NCBI RefSeq assembly: GCF_032191835.1
Contig: NC_083227.1
Coordinates: forward strand, 17,174,001 to 17,238,000
Length of the DNA stretch: 64,000 bases
Origin: Heteronotia binoei
Lineage: Eukaryota
Direction: 5' to 3'
The translations under genes and the position numbers were made by a program. Shown one piece after another: positions 36,633-47,686 of the stretch (position 1 is its first letter; every line of letters begins with the position of its first letter). The notes beneath the pieces are model-generated. The model had not been told where the DNA came from, did not search any database, and worked only from the letters and a program-made list of their open reading frames with translations.

Positions 36633-37280
36633 GATAAGAACACAGAACATAAGAGAAAACATGTTGGATCAGGCCAATGGCCCATCTAGTTCTGGCCTAT
36701 GTCACTCTATGTCACACAGTGGACAAAACCCAGGTGCCATCAAGAGGTTCAGTCCTCCCACTGTTACACCCCACCTCCAAACACCAAGGATACAGACATC
36801 ACTGCCCCAGACAGAGTGGCTAAGAGCCATTATGGACCTCTGCTCCATATGTTCATCTAATCCCCTCGAAGCTGTCTGTGCTTACAGCGGTGAATTCCAC
36901 GGGTTAATTACTCTTTGGGTGAAGAACTTCCTTTTATCTGTATCAAACCTGCTGCCCATTTTCACTGAATACCCATGAGTTCTTGTATTGTGAGAAATGG
37001 AGACAAGTACCATACTTTTCTCTCTACCTTCTCTATCCAATGGATAATTCTGTAAACCTCTATCAGGTCACCCCTCAGTCAACATTTCTCCAAGCTAAAG
37101 GACCCTAACCTCTTCAGCCTTTCTTCATATGGAAGCTGTTCCATCCCCTGGATCATTTTAGTTGCCCTTTTCTGCACCTGTTCCAATTCTATAAATATCC
37201 TTTTTGTGGTGCAGTGGCCAGAACTGTACACAGTATTCCAAAAGAGGCTGTACCATAGATTTATACAAGAGCATTATGAT
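36633..37280 (-). mobile_element. CR1 LINE 3' fragment
   Basis: AAGAACACAGAACATAAGAG tail; reverse strand shows [22 protein letters not shown]-type motifs. Confidence 0.8.
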
Positions 37281-37506
37281 TCAACTGTGGTTGTAGCTGC
37301 TGCCAAAGCAACATCTTTCAAAAATCCACATAGCAAATCAAATCTCCGATGGCTTCAGCAGGCTCCATCCACTTTTTAAAAATGAGCACCAGGAAAGGTG
37401 ATGGCAGGTGCCATAGTGTCCATTGGCACTATATTGGAGACCCTTGCTCTGGGTTTTCAGCCAAAGCAGTCCTTCCTAACATCAGTTACAACAACATCTT
37501 CTGGCT

Positions 37507-38117
37507 CAGGGGTGTTAAACATGCAGCCTGGGGGCTGAATCAGGCGCCTGGAGGGCTCCTATCAGTGCCCTGAGCAACTGGCTGTCATCTGCTTTCTTCT
37601 CCGTCTCTTTTGCTTTCTTCTGCATCACAGCTTGCTTTGCCAGGCTTGCTCAATTGCACAGGAGCTACAGAGCAAAACCTCGATGTTCCCCATTGGCTGG
37701 GGCTCCTCGGGGAGGAAGGGGGGAGGCAGAGCTTGCTTTGCAAGATTCTCTCTACTGCACAGCAGAGCTACTGAGCCAAGCTTCTCTTCCTTCTACAGGC
37801 TGAGGCTCCTGCCCCCTCCTGGTCCCCTGGGAAAGGAAGGAAAGATCCAGAGCTTCCTTTGTTCAGTTCCCTGGATCCCACAGTAGACATACAAAGAAAG
37901 CACCTTTAAGACCAATGAGTGCTAATGTTTTAAGCATGTTTTATTTTGCTTTTAAAAAATCTTTAATGGTGCTTGTCTGTGTCTGTTTATAAAGTTTCTA
38001 TGTCTGCTACCTAATCTTAAATAGGTACACACATGGCCTGGCCCAACATGGCTCAGCCTGACAAGGTCTCATTTATGTTAGATCTGGCCCTCATAACAAA
38101 TGAGTTCGACATGCCTG
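37507..38117 (+). mobile_element. hAT non-autonomous element (same family as 13195)
   Basis: TIRs CAGGGGTGTTAAAC / GTTCGACATGCCTG; TSD-like TTCTGGCT / CTCTAGCT. Confidence 0.8.
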
Positions 38118-39029
38118 CTCTAGCTGGAGATGCTGGCGACTGAACCTCTGACTTTCTGCCTGCAAAGCAGATGCCCTGCCACAGAGCCATACAGCCCATG
38201 GTGTTAATTCTGTTTTAGTTTTTGCACTTAAGTACAGCACAAAGGGCTGGCATGTGGGAGTTGGCCACGTAGGTGGCCACCTAGGGCGCCATTGATCTCC
38301 AGACTACAGAGATTAGTTCCCCTGGCTGGGAGTGGGCACTCCTCCTCCCTGCTTGCGCCTCCTAGTCCAAATGTGCTGCCCTCCCTGCTCAGCCCCTTCT
38401 AGATCCATGCTTCAGCACAGATGTGGAAGGGGCTGAATGGGGTGGGAGGGGTGGTGTGCGATGCATTTGCTCACATCGGAGGTGTTCAGAGCAGCTCCGA
38501 ACACCTCAAAGGCAAGTGAAAGCGTCACACACTGCTCCCACCCAGCCCCTTGCAGGTCAGGGGCTGTGCTGAGCAGCATGTCTGCTTGCCTCGGAGGCAT
38601 TTGGAGCTGCTCAAAACACCTCAGACGTGAACAAATGCGTCATGCGCTGCCCCTGCCCAGGCTCCACCCCTCAAATCTCCATCTCAAAGGACTGGACAGA
38701 GTGATGTGTGCCCTACCTCCTTGCCTGGGGTGCTGGAGACCCCAGTGCTGGCACTGAGCACAAAAGGTTTTGCTTGTGTATTTCCTAGCCCCAAAAGTCC
38801 AATGGGACTTGATGTTCAAGTAAAGAGTTTCCCACAGTGTAAGTACATATTTTATCCCTAAAACATTAACAGCCTGCCTTTCCCCCTAACCTAAATTGGG
38901 GGGGGGGGGTGGCTTCCATCTAAAACGTAAACCATTTACAACACAGAACAATGCATTCTAATCTACATAGAACAAAGCAAAAACTTATAGGGGGCTGACA
39001 AAACAGAGCATATGAAACCCTGACTTGGA

Positions 39030-39225
39030 TAGTCCAGGCTAGCCTGATCTTGTCAGATCTTGGAAAATAAGCAGGGTCAGCCCTGGTTAGTCTTTGGATG
39101 GGGGATCACCAAGGAAGCCCAGGATTGCTATGCAGAGGAAGGCAATGGCAAACCACCTCTGTCAGTCTTTTGCCATGGAAACCCAATGCAGTTGCTATAA
39201 GTTGGCTCCAATATGACAGACCTTA
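39030..39225 (+). mobile_element. 5S-rRNA-derived SINE
   Basis: GCCTGATCTTGTCAGATCTTGGAAAATAAGCAGGGTCAGCCCTGGTTAGTCTTTGGATGGGGGATCACC is a diverged 5S internal segment; it is followed by GGCAATGGCAAACCACC, shared with Sauria SINE bodies. Confidence 0.7.
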
Positions 39226-39767
39226 ACTTGCATGTACATGAAGCTGCCTTACACTGTTCATCTATCTGACTGACTTATCAAGACACACAGTGGAGACATT
39301 TTAGAACAGGAGAACAGCCCTAGGGACACAACTTAAATCATCTTCCACTTCATGCCAGAGTCCCACTCTGAATCAGGACTTTAAAATATCTTGTGATATG
39401 GAAATCCTCATGTATTGTCTGAATAGGCCCTCACTAGCAGTAGGTGTCCATGTTCTGAGTACAAGGGCTGAATTAGGATCTTCTGCCTCCCAAGCAGGAG
39501 TTCTATCACTCAGCTCCTACTTTAAAGTCTGGGGCCACCACAAAAAAGGCCATTTTCTGGGGGCCATCCACCTCACTTTTGAAGCTGTAGGCATTTGCAG
39601 CAGGGACAAATTCATAGGAAAAAAGGACAGTCCTTCAGATAGCCTGGAACCTACACTGTTCCAAGGGAAGAACCAAAACTTCAACTCCTACTCAGTGGAG
39701 ATTTTTAAGCGCTAGCCAGATGCGGTCAGATCTTTGTACCACAACCCTTCCTGTCCTCCAAGGGTCA

Positions 39768-40837
39768 TTACAGCTTCATTCCTACATGAGTTTTCTTATG
39801 TTTGCGAAGCCCTGTGAGACCGCAGAATCTTTTCTCACAGTCAATGCATTTATATGGTTTTTCCCCTGTGTGGGTCCTTTTGTGAGCTTTGAGCAATGAG
39901 GTCGACCTGAAGCACTGGTCACACTCAGGGCACTTAAAAGGTTTCTCTCCTGTATGAATCCTCTCATGCTTAATGAGATTGGTCTTTCGACTGAAGCTCT
40001 GTCCACAATATGAGCATTTATATGGCTTCTCTCCTGTATGTGTCCTCTTGTGAACTGTAAAAACTGAGCTGTTCCGGAAGCTTTGTCCACAGTCCGGACA
40101 GCTATATGGTTTCTCTCCTGTGTGCATCCTCTCATGTACAACGAGGTGTGGTCTCCGACTGAAGCTCTGTCCACAGTCTGAGCACTGATAGGGCTTCTCA
40201 CCCGAATGTATCCTCTTGTGCGTTATAAGCTGAGAGCTGGTACTGAAGTTCTTCCCACATTCCAAGCAGCCATATGGCTTCTCACCCGTATGGGTCCTCT
40301 TGTGAATGACGAGAGAGGCCTTCTGGTTGAAGCTCTTCTCACAATCTATGCACTTGTAGGGTTTCTCTCCTGTGTGGGTCCTCTCGTGTCTCAGAAGGTT
40401 AGTGCGCTGGGAAAAGGATTTGTCACAGTTTGAGCACCTGAAGGGTTTTTCTCCAGTGTGGATTCTCTCATGGACAACCAAGTGTGATCGATCCTGGAAG
40501 CCTTCTCTGCAGTATGGACATTTATAAGGCTTTTCCTTTATTTGCTGCCTCTGATTCTCCAGAAGATCAAAGATCTGATGGATGCCATGCTGGAAGGTGC
40601 TTTCGTTTAAATCTCTGCGGCCTTCCTCAGAAAGGAAAGCTGCATTTCCTCTCTTCTCTGGGTGGTGGAGCGATCGACATTCTAATCCTTCTGGACTTCC
40701 AATCATCTTGACCTCTTCAGTATCCAGAAGGCCATTCATATCAGCTTGTTCCAAGCATCCTTCACTGACATTCCCAGGTTTGGATGTGTCCAAGGGCAGG
40801 CTTTCCATAGTATTCTCCCACTCCTGCTCATTGCTCA
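39768..40837 (-). CDS. ZF-3 last exon: 9 C2H2 zinc fingers
   Basis: Acceptor tttctgttctag|TG at 40837 (phase 1); 9 complete fingers; stop at 39768. Confidence 0.92.
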
Positions 40838-41508
40838 CTAGAACAGAAAGTAAATCAGAACCTGAGTAATCTCTCTCTATCATCAAGATCTGTTCTGTCT
40901 GAACCTTTTTGAGTCTGTGGACACCTTTTGAATTCTGACAGTGTGTGGTAGGCACAGCCAGAAAATGGCTGCCATAAAATGGCTGCCACAGCTAACTTTC
41001 AATCACACAGTGAAGATTTGTGCTGTGGTGGCAGCTGCTGCCAAAGCAACATTTTAAAAAATTGCACAGCCAATCAAATTCTCCAGTGGCCAATCAACAG
41101 CCTTACTGGGCAAAAGTCTCACCTAGCCCCACCTACACTTGGCATGCGCCAGGAAACATGTTGAAAGGCACCATGACACCCACGGGCACCACACTGGGAA
41201 TACCGCAACTGGTAGCAGGTGTTCAGACAGGGCTGCCAATTGGCCTGGAAAAAAATGTCCTGTCACTTTATTAGGGGCTTAATGGGATGCTGTTTAGCAA
41301 GGGAGGTTATTTCCCTCCAAACAAAAGGAAGAGTGTTCACACCCACCCATCCACCCCAACACACTGCTGCTGTAGCCTCAGCAACTGATATTTAGATATA
41401 CACTAGGTATGAACATGGAGGTTCCACCTAAATGTCCTCTGTTAAAGCCATCTAATGCCTTAGCTTATATACCACATCATACTAAAGAATGCAGTTCTAA
41501 ATATTTAC

Positions 41509-41638
41509 CGAGAAAGCTGGTTTCCTCCTCCTCCTCCTCTTGCTGATCCTCAATGGAAATGTGCACCTGCATAATGTCTGAGTCATCCTGTTCAGATTTG
41601 GGGGAGTTTGCAGCCATGTCTTTAAAAGTCCCCAGAAT
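41509..41638 (-). CDS. ZF-3 middle exon (130 nt, degenerate KRAB-A-like)
   Basis: Acceptor ttttatgttgcag|ATT, donor CTC G|gtaaat; encodes ILGTFKDMAANSPKSEQDDSDIMQVHISIEDQQEEEEEETSFL+G. Confidence 0.85.
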
Positions 41639-42262
41639 CTGCAACATAAAAGAGTGATGCAATTTAAATTTCTAGCTAAATGGAGAACAGAACTAGAAGC
41701 CAAATTAACATTTCCAGGAAACACACACTGTCCTCTTTCTTCTGTTTTTTCCCCTTCCTTCCATATTTAGTCATTTCTCCCTTCTTTTTCTTTCTAACTT
41801 CCTTTTTCTATCATTTTACCTACCTTCCTTCCTTTCCTGTTTTTGTTCACTCCCCCCCCCTTCCTCTGCTTTTCCCCCTTAAAACTCCACAACAAAAAGG
41901 CTAGATATTTTTTTTAAATGAAAGCTGGAAAAAAATAGATTGTGGCACTAAATTGATAACTATAATATTATTGCACCATCGTGACCTGTCAATTACCAAA
42001 AGACCTCAGCAACCTCCAGTAGCACAGAAGATATAGCAGCTGCTGGCGGAGGCACTTCTGAGGCAACAAAAGTGCAGAAAAATTCTGTTGCTAATGTTGC
42101 ATTCTCACTAGCTATAAAAAAAAACTGGAGAATTGTTAGTATATGGAAGCAGACCTTGTTTGAAGAGGCAAGAAAATAGACAAATTCCCAGCTCTTGGTT
42201 TATACGTTAGGATCAACACAATTTTTTGCAACTTTTACACCTGTCTAAAACATTATCATCAC

Positions 42263-42967
42263 CTTTTGTTCCAGCCTTTCAGCCTCTTGTGGCCTTTTCA
42301 AGATGTCCTCTGCCAAAACCACCGCCTGGGCACCAGTCTCAGGGCCGCGTTCCCTCACCCAGCTTTGTATTTCCTGAGGCAGGATGGACAGAAACTGCTC
42401 CAGGATCACCATCTCCACAATCTGCTCTTTGGTGTGCCTCTCAGGCTTCAGCCACTGGTGGCCAAGTTCCCAGAGCTGACTGAAGACTTCCTGGGGACCC
42501 TCAGCTTCCCAGTAGCTAAACTGCCTGAATTGCTGACGCCACATTTCTGGGCAGGCAGAATCCTCCTCATCCTCAATCTCTTCCTTCACTTTCACAGAAA
42601 GAGCTGTCCTTTTGTAGGGCTCTGGGGTTTCTCCACTAAAATTGGTCAGGTTCAGAGTCATACATGCTTTTCCAGGCCCCTGGCTGACATCAGTAGGTAC
42701 TCCCTCAAAGGAAGCTGGAAATACCTTCATGTCCTCCACTGACTGGGCCTGAGGAAGCTTAAAGTGTTCTGCCTGCCTCTGTGGGGACTTCACTGTGGTC
42801 AGAAACTCCGGCCACTGAGTTTCCCAGTGCCTGGATGGCCCCTCATGTAGCTCTTGCTTAATTTTTGGAGCAGCTGTCCCAAGCAGAAATGCCTTGATGG
42901 CCCCAGTCTGGACGAGAGAATCTTTTCCTTCCCCAGCGTTGGGTTCTGTCAGGCTCAGCCTCTCCAT
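42263..42967 (-). CDS. ZF-3 SCAN exon (intact); predicted spliced product 634 aa
   Basis: Acceptor ctctgcag| at 42979, ATG at 42967, full SCAN ([60 protein letters not shown]), donor AAG|gtgatg; 705+130+1070 = 1905 nt in frame. Confidence 0.9.
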
Positions 42968-44711
42968 GTTTAGTTGTGGCTGCAGAGGAATACAAATGTT
43001 AATTAAGTGTAAGGGTATGTTTGTGTGGCTAAAAAGCCCCCCCTCTCTCTTAAATAATACTGTAGAATAACAAGAGGGGGGTCCTGAGGAGAAATCCTAT
43101 TTTTCCATTTTCTTACACACTCTTCTTTGGCTCTCTGTCATCTCCCCTGCTCTCCATCACCTCTCTGCCCCACAAGAGGAGGGTGAAAAGAGGTTTTGCA
43201 TGTATTGAAGAAGAAAGGTGTTACAAGGGTGTTGGACTGAGTGATTTCAGTGGGAACAAGGGATGACAAAGAGTAGACTACAAGGCTCTGTGAAAAGACA
43301 GTAGAAGAAGAACTCTTTCCAAATGTTATTAATTTTGCTTTTGCAAAGTACAAAGCTACCTTTCCACTGGGTCAGACCATTTGTTTACTGAAACTAAAGC
43401 AACTTCCTGGGGTCTCAGACAGGTCTTTCCCCATTAAGGCTACCAAGTTCAATATTTCTGTTGGTGTGGCAGTGGCTTCCCAGGGTCTCTGGCAAGGTAT
43501 CTCTCTTGAACCCAGTGCTCTGACATGAAGTATGCCCCACCGCCACCCTACAAATCTGATTCTGTTTCCAGTTCCTCCTAGACTTATTTCTGGATTTGGT
43601 CTCTCTTGCTCCCATCAGTATTTTGGAAAATGAACTGTTTCTATTCCAAACACACTTTGATTCCACCCTGGTTGCACTGTTATCAAACTTCCCACCCTAC
43701 ATAGCTCCTTTGTCCTTTTAAGAATGTAAGAGCCATACTGGAACATATCAGAAGTCCATCTAGTCCAGTTTCTTGTTTCATTTACTGGACAAACAATTGT
43801 GGGAAAGGGGCCATAGAACATCCCTGTTCAATCCCTGGCATCTCTTCTTAAAAGGACCAGGTAGTAGGCGATGTGAAAGACCTCTGCCTGAAACCCTGGA
43901 GAGCTGCTGCCCATCTGCTGCCCTTGATGGACTGATGGTCTGATTCAGCAGAAGACAGCTTCATCCATGTTCTAAAGAGCCAAGAAACCAGGCACAGAGG
44001 CTGCAGCCTTTTCCTGATGTTGCCTCCTGTCCTACCACTGATATTCAGAGGTTTACTGCCTCTGAATGTAGAGGTTCACTTATCATCAGGACTCAGTAGT
44101 AGCCAGTGATGGACTTCTCCATGAATCATCCTCTCTTAAAGCCATCTATGAGACTTAGGGTTGCCAATCCCCAGCTGGGGGCAGGGGATCCCCCGATATG
44201 CAGGCCCTCCCCCCGCTTCAGGGTCATCAGAAAGCGGGGGAGGTGGGATGTCTGCTGGGCATTCCATTATTCCCTATGGAGACCGATTCCCATAAGATAT
44301 AATGGAGAATTGATCTGTGGGTATCTGGGACTCTGGGGAAGGCATTTAAAAGGTGTGCTGTCCCTTTAAATTTGATGGCCAGAACTCTCCCTGGAGTTCA
44401 ATTATGCTTGTCACAACCTGGCTCCACCCGCAAAGTCACCAGATATTTCTTGATTTGGACTCAGCAACCCTAATGAGACTTCAGGATAGATCAGGATAGA
44501 AGGGGTGTGTGTATGCCAGGCTGCCAACATTCAGTAGGCCCTGAACTTTTGTACCATTAACAGTAGTTTGATCAGTAAACAATATTTCTAGCAGATAATG
44601 CTTTCATTTATAAGCTGTGAAGTGTTCTACTTATCCCTTCTTGCAGATCAAGGGGTTGCTAATTAACTAATTATATAGTATGGCAGTGGATGTGGTATAG
44701 CCAGGAGCAGG

Positions 44712-45185
44712 ACCAACCCTGCCACTAACCAAACTAGGTGACTGCCTAGGCCACTGCCCTTCTGGGGTCGCCGAATTGGGCACCCCTCATGTGACTTGAG
44801 CGGCCCCCGTGGTGCAGAGTGGTAAAGCAGCAGTACTGTGGTCTGAACTCTCTGCTCATGACCTGAGTTCGATTTCGGCGGAAGCTGGATTCAGGTAGCC
44901 GGCCCAAGGTTGGCTCAGCCTTCCATCCTTCCAAGGTTGGTAAAATGAGTACCCAGCTTGCTGGGGGGAAAGTGTAGATGACTGGGGAAGGCAATGGCAA
45001 ACCACCCTGTAAAAAGTCTGCCGTGAAAATGTCGTGAAAGCAATGTCACCCCAGAGTCGAAAACGACTGGTGCTTGCACAGGGGACCCTTCCTTTCCTTT
45101 CCATGTGACTTGGTGACATTATCAGTTGGAAGGGGGCAGAAGTTAGCCTTGTCTAGGGTGCCAGACAGTGCAGAGCCAGTCCTGG
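44712..45185 (+). mobile_element. hAT-like MITE interrupted by a Sauria SINE (44799-45101)
   Basis: SINE is flanked by TSD CATGTGACTTG (44788-44798 and 45102-45112); an uninterrupted relative of the host MITE is at 50111-50284. Confidence 0.8.
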
Positions 45186-45386
45186 CCAGGAGATTATCTA
45201 GCAGCCTGAAACTCTAGCTCTTATTATTATTATTTTTTGTGGGGAGTGAGGCTTTATTTTTTGGCATGTAACAAGAGCCTATTTAACACACAGTAAATAA
45301 CACACTTTCAATGCAATTTTAATTCATTAGGGTTTGTAGAATCTTTCAGGCTCAAGTGCCGTGTACTACTGGAGAAAGTTTTCCTT

Positions 45387-45427
45387 CCAGACGTTTCATT
45401 CTCAGCTGCGGAGAACATCCTCAGTGG
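45387..45427 (-). ncRNA. Mirror-copy hammerhead ribozyme motif
   Basis: Reverse complement CCACTGAGGATGTTCTCCGCAGCTGAGAATGAAACGTCTGG; one C>T change gives a G-U pair in stem II. Confidence 0.65.
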
Positions 45428-45525
45428 CGCAGCCGGAGCAGGCACTCTGACCTTCTTGGCTGCTGGTCAGAGGTCAGGTCAGAGCACCTGCTGGTCAGGT
45501 CATAGCGCCTGCTCCGGCTGCAATG

Positions 45526-45566
45526 CCACTGAGGATGTTCTCCGCAGCTGAGAACGAAACGTCTGG
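45526..45566 (+). ncRNA. Minimal type I hammerhead ribozyme motif (Penelope-type)
   Basis: CCA CTGAGGA T GTTCTC cgcagct GAGAAC GAAA C GTC TGG: intact core, 6-bp stem II, CCA/TGG stem I, palindromic ACGT stem III. Activity untested. Confidence 0.7.
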
Positions 45567-45899
45567 AAGGAAAACTTTCTCCAGTAGAACACGGCACTTG
45601 AGCCCGAAAGATTCTACAAACCTTAATGATGTTACCAGCCGTGAAAACCTGAAATCTTTGATAATTTTAATTCACTTTGCAACTGGATTTGGCCATTTCA
45701 CATAGCAAAATCCACTTGCAAACAGTTGCTGGAGTGGATTGAAATTGCAATTTAGCATGCGTGAAAATGCCCAAGGTCACCCAGCTGGCTTCAAGTGGAG
45801 GAGTGAGGACTCGAACTCAGTTCTTCAGATTAGAATCCGACGCTCTTAACCACTGCACCAAATTGGCTCTCTTAAGAAGACCCAGTAGCTGGAAACACT

Positions 45900-46520
45900 G
45901 CTTTTTTCCCGGTCAGTTGACACCCCCAATCTGGAAAGGAGAGGGGCTCTTTGCCCGCCCTTCTCCACTCAGCGCCCCCCGCCGTACGGATTTTCCTCTC
46001 CTTCGGGCTCTTTTCTGCTTCAGCTCTTCCTCTCCAATCCTCTCTAGGCTCACCTCTCCCGATTGCTGCGCTTTCCCGCAAATCTGCAGCCACGTCCAAA
46101 CGGCCAAGCTCAGACCCTCGACAAAGATCAGCCGTTTCTTCCCGTCCAGCCGAGGGAGAAACACAGGAAAAGGAAATTCGGTGCCATTCAAGTTTCCTGC
46201 TTTCTCTAGGCATCGAGCTGCTGTCGATTTAACCCTTTGAATTCATTCTAGCAAGCCAGGGGGGAGGGCTAGGCTTGTGTCCTTTGTATCGAAGCATTTC
46301 TAAAATGGGAGGTTCTTTTTTTAGATGCTCTGGTTGCAAGGGGGGCGGGGCTTGCAAGGGGGAGTTGCTTGCTGGAGAGTGGGGAAGGTCTCTCTCCGCA
46401 TGCTCAAGGGTACTCCCTCTTTGATTGACTTCCAGAACCGCGTCTGAAAACAAACTTAAGCCATTCGGGGCGAGGGCAGCAGTACATACAGCGAGCGAGG
46501 AGATGGGACGGAGCTATTGG
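45900..46520 (-). promoter_or_regulatory. CpG island: ZF-3 promoter and non-coding first exon
   Basis: Strongest CpG/GC enrichment outside the LTR; minus-strand donor GAG|gtgagc at 46054/46053, upstream of the 42979 acceptor. Confidence 0.6.
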
Positions 46521-46611
46521 GGTAAAATCAGAGTTGTGTATGCTAGAGCTGACAGATGGGCCATCCAATCCAGGGTGCAATAGCTAATCAGATATCCCCC
46601 AAAGTCTAGAA

Positions 46612-46922
46612 CAGAGGTTGCCAAACTGAGGCTCTGGAGCTACATGTGGCTGTTTCACACATATTGTGTGGCTTACAAAGCCCCCACCGCCCCAGCAGCA
46701 AGCTTGGAGAAGGCATTTGTCTCTTTAAATCACTTCTCCAAGCCAGCTGGCGGCTTTGAGAATGCATTTAAAGTTAAAGTTGCTTTCTTCTCACCTCTCC
46801 TTCCCTCCCCATCTATTATCTATCCTTCCTTCCTTCCTCTCTCAAACATCTGATGTTCATGTTTGTGGCTCTCAAACATCTGATGTGTATTCCATGTGGC
46901 TCTTACAGTTTGGCTACCCCTG
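46612..46922 (+). mobile_element. hAT non-autonomous element (same family as 15305)
   Basis: TIRs CAGAGGTTGCCAAACT / AGTTTGGCTACCCCTG; TSD GTCTAGAA / GCCTAGAA. Confidence 0.85.
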
Positions 46923-47425
46923 GCCTAGAAGGTCAAAGCCTTCTACTGCTGTTGCCCCCACCCCACAAGGGGCCTGGAGAAGAAAATGGTCTGCCCTTTG
47001 TGTCAACGCTTGATGAGCAGGTGAAATTTTCTTATAGCCTGGAAGTAAATAACAGCATCTGGTAAACAAAATCCCATGATGAAGGTCATTTTTCTCTCTA
47101 CAGGCATTTGGTAACCCTAGTCATAAGCTGTGATATTCCTGGAAGGAATTTTAAGTATGGTGTTTTTAATTTTCAAAAAACCCACAGAAATAAGATACAG
47201 CTAGATTTGACTACTTGGTGCTGAAAAGATGGGACTGACTTCAAAAGCATGTTTTAATTGCCTTAATGTTTTTGTATGTATGTTAGTTCTGGTTTCAACT
47301 GTGTTAATAATATGGACTTTTTTGTTGGTTTTAGTAGTTTTTAAAATGCAGTTTTAATTTGTTAGCCACTTTGGTGGCCCTTATGAGGGCAGAGAAGCAA
47401 GGTATAAAATAAATAGCCTGTGAAA

Positions 47426-47686
47426 TTGCTCTTTTCTACTGCAATACATTGCAGTATTGCAGTAGAAAAGAGCAAGTGTCCAGTAGCACCTTGAAGACTA
47501 ACAACATTTGTGGCAGAGTATGAGCTTTCAGGAGTCACTGCTCACTTTTTCAGATACAGCTAGAATGAAAAAATGAGCAGTGACTCATGAAAGCAACTAC
47601 CCTGTCACAAATTTTGTTAGTCTTAAAGGAACTACTGGACTCTTGCTCTTTTCTACTGCTACAGACTAACACAGCTATCCATTTTG
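47426..47686. mobile_element. Penelope-like hairpin remnant
   Basis: Inverted repeat 47459-47659, tail CTACAGACTAACACAGCTATCC, extra 20-bp hairpin at 47426-47475, decayed hammerhead core. Confidence 0.65.

Larger units (their letters stand above)
45327..45662. mobile_element. Penelope-like element: inverted terminal (pLTR) hairpin insertion
   Basis: Inverted repeat 45325-45628, 3' tail GATGTTACCAGCCGTGAAAACCTGAAATCTTTG, 12-bp TSD AATTTTAATTCA (45315-45326 and 45663-45674), hammerhead core in each arm. Confidence 0.8.

Noticed and set aside
39030-39120. Possible 5S rRNA gene
   Set aside because: Lacks the 5S 5' end, has many substitutions, and is fused to a SINE body.
45761-46240. ORFs over the CpG island (45761-46240, 45872-46213, 45951-46232)
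   Set aside because: GC-rich promoter/5' UTR sequence plus a SINE fragment gives open frames on both strands with no recognisable domain.
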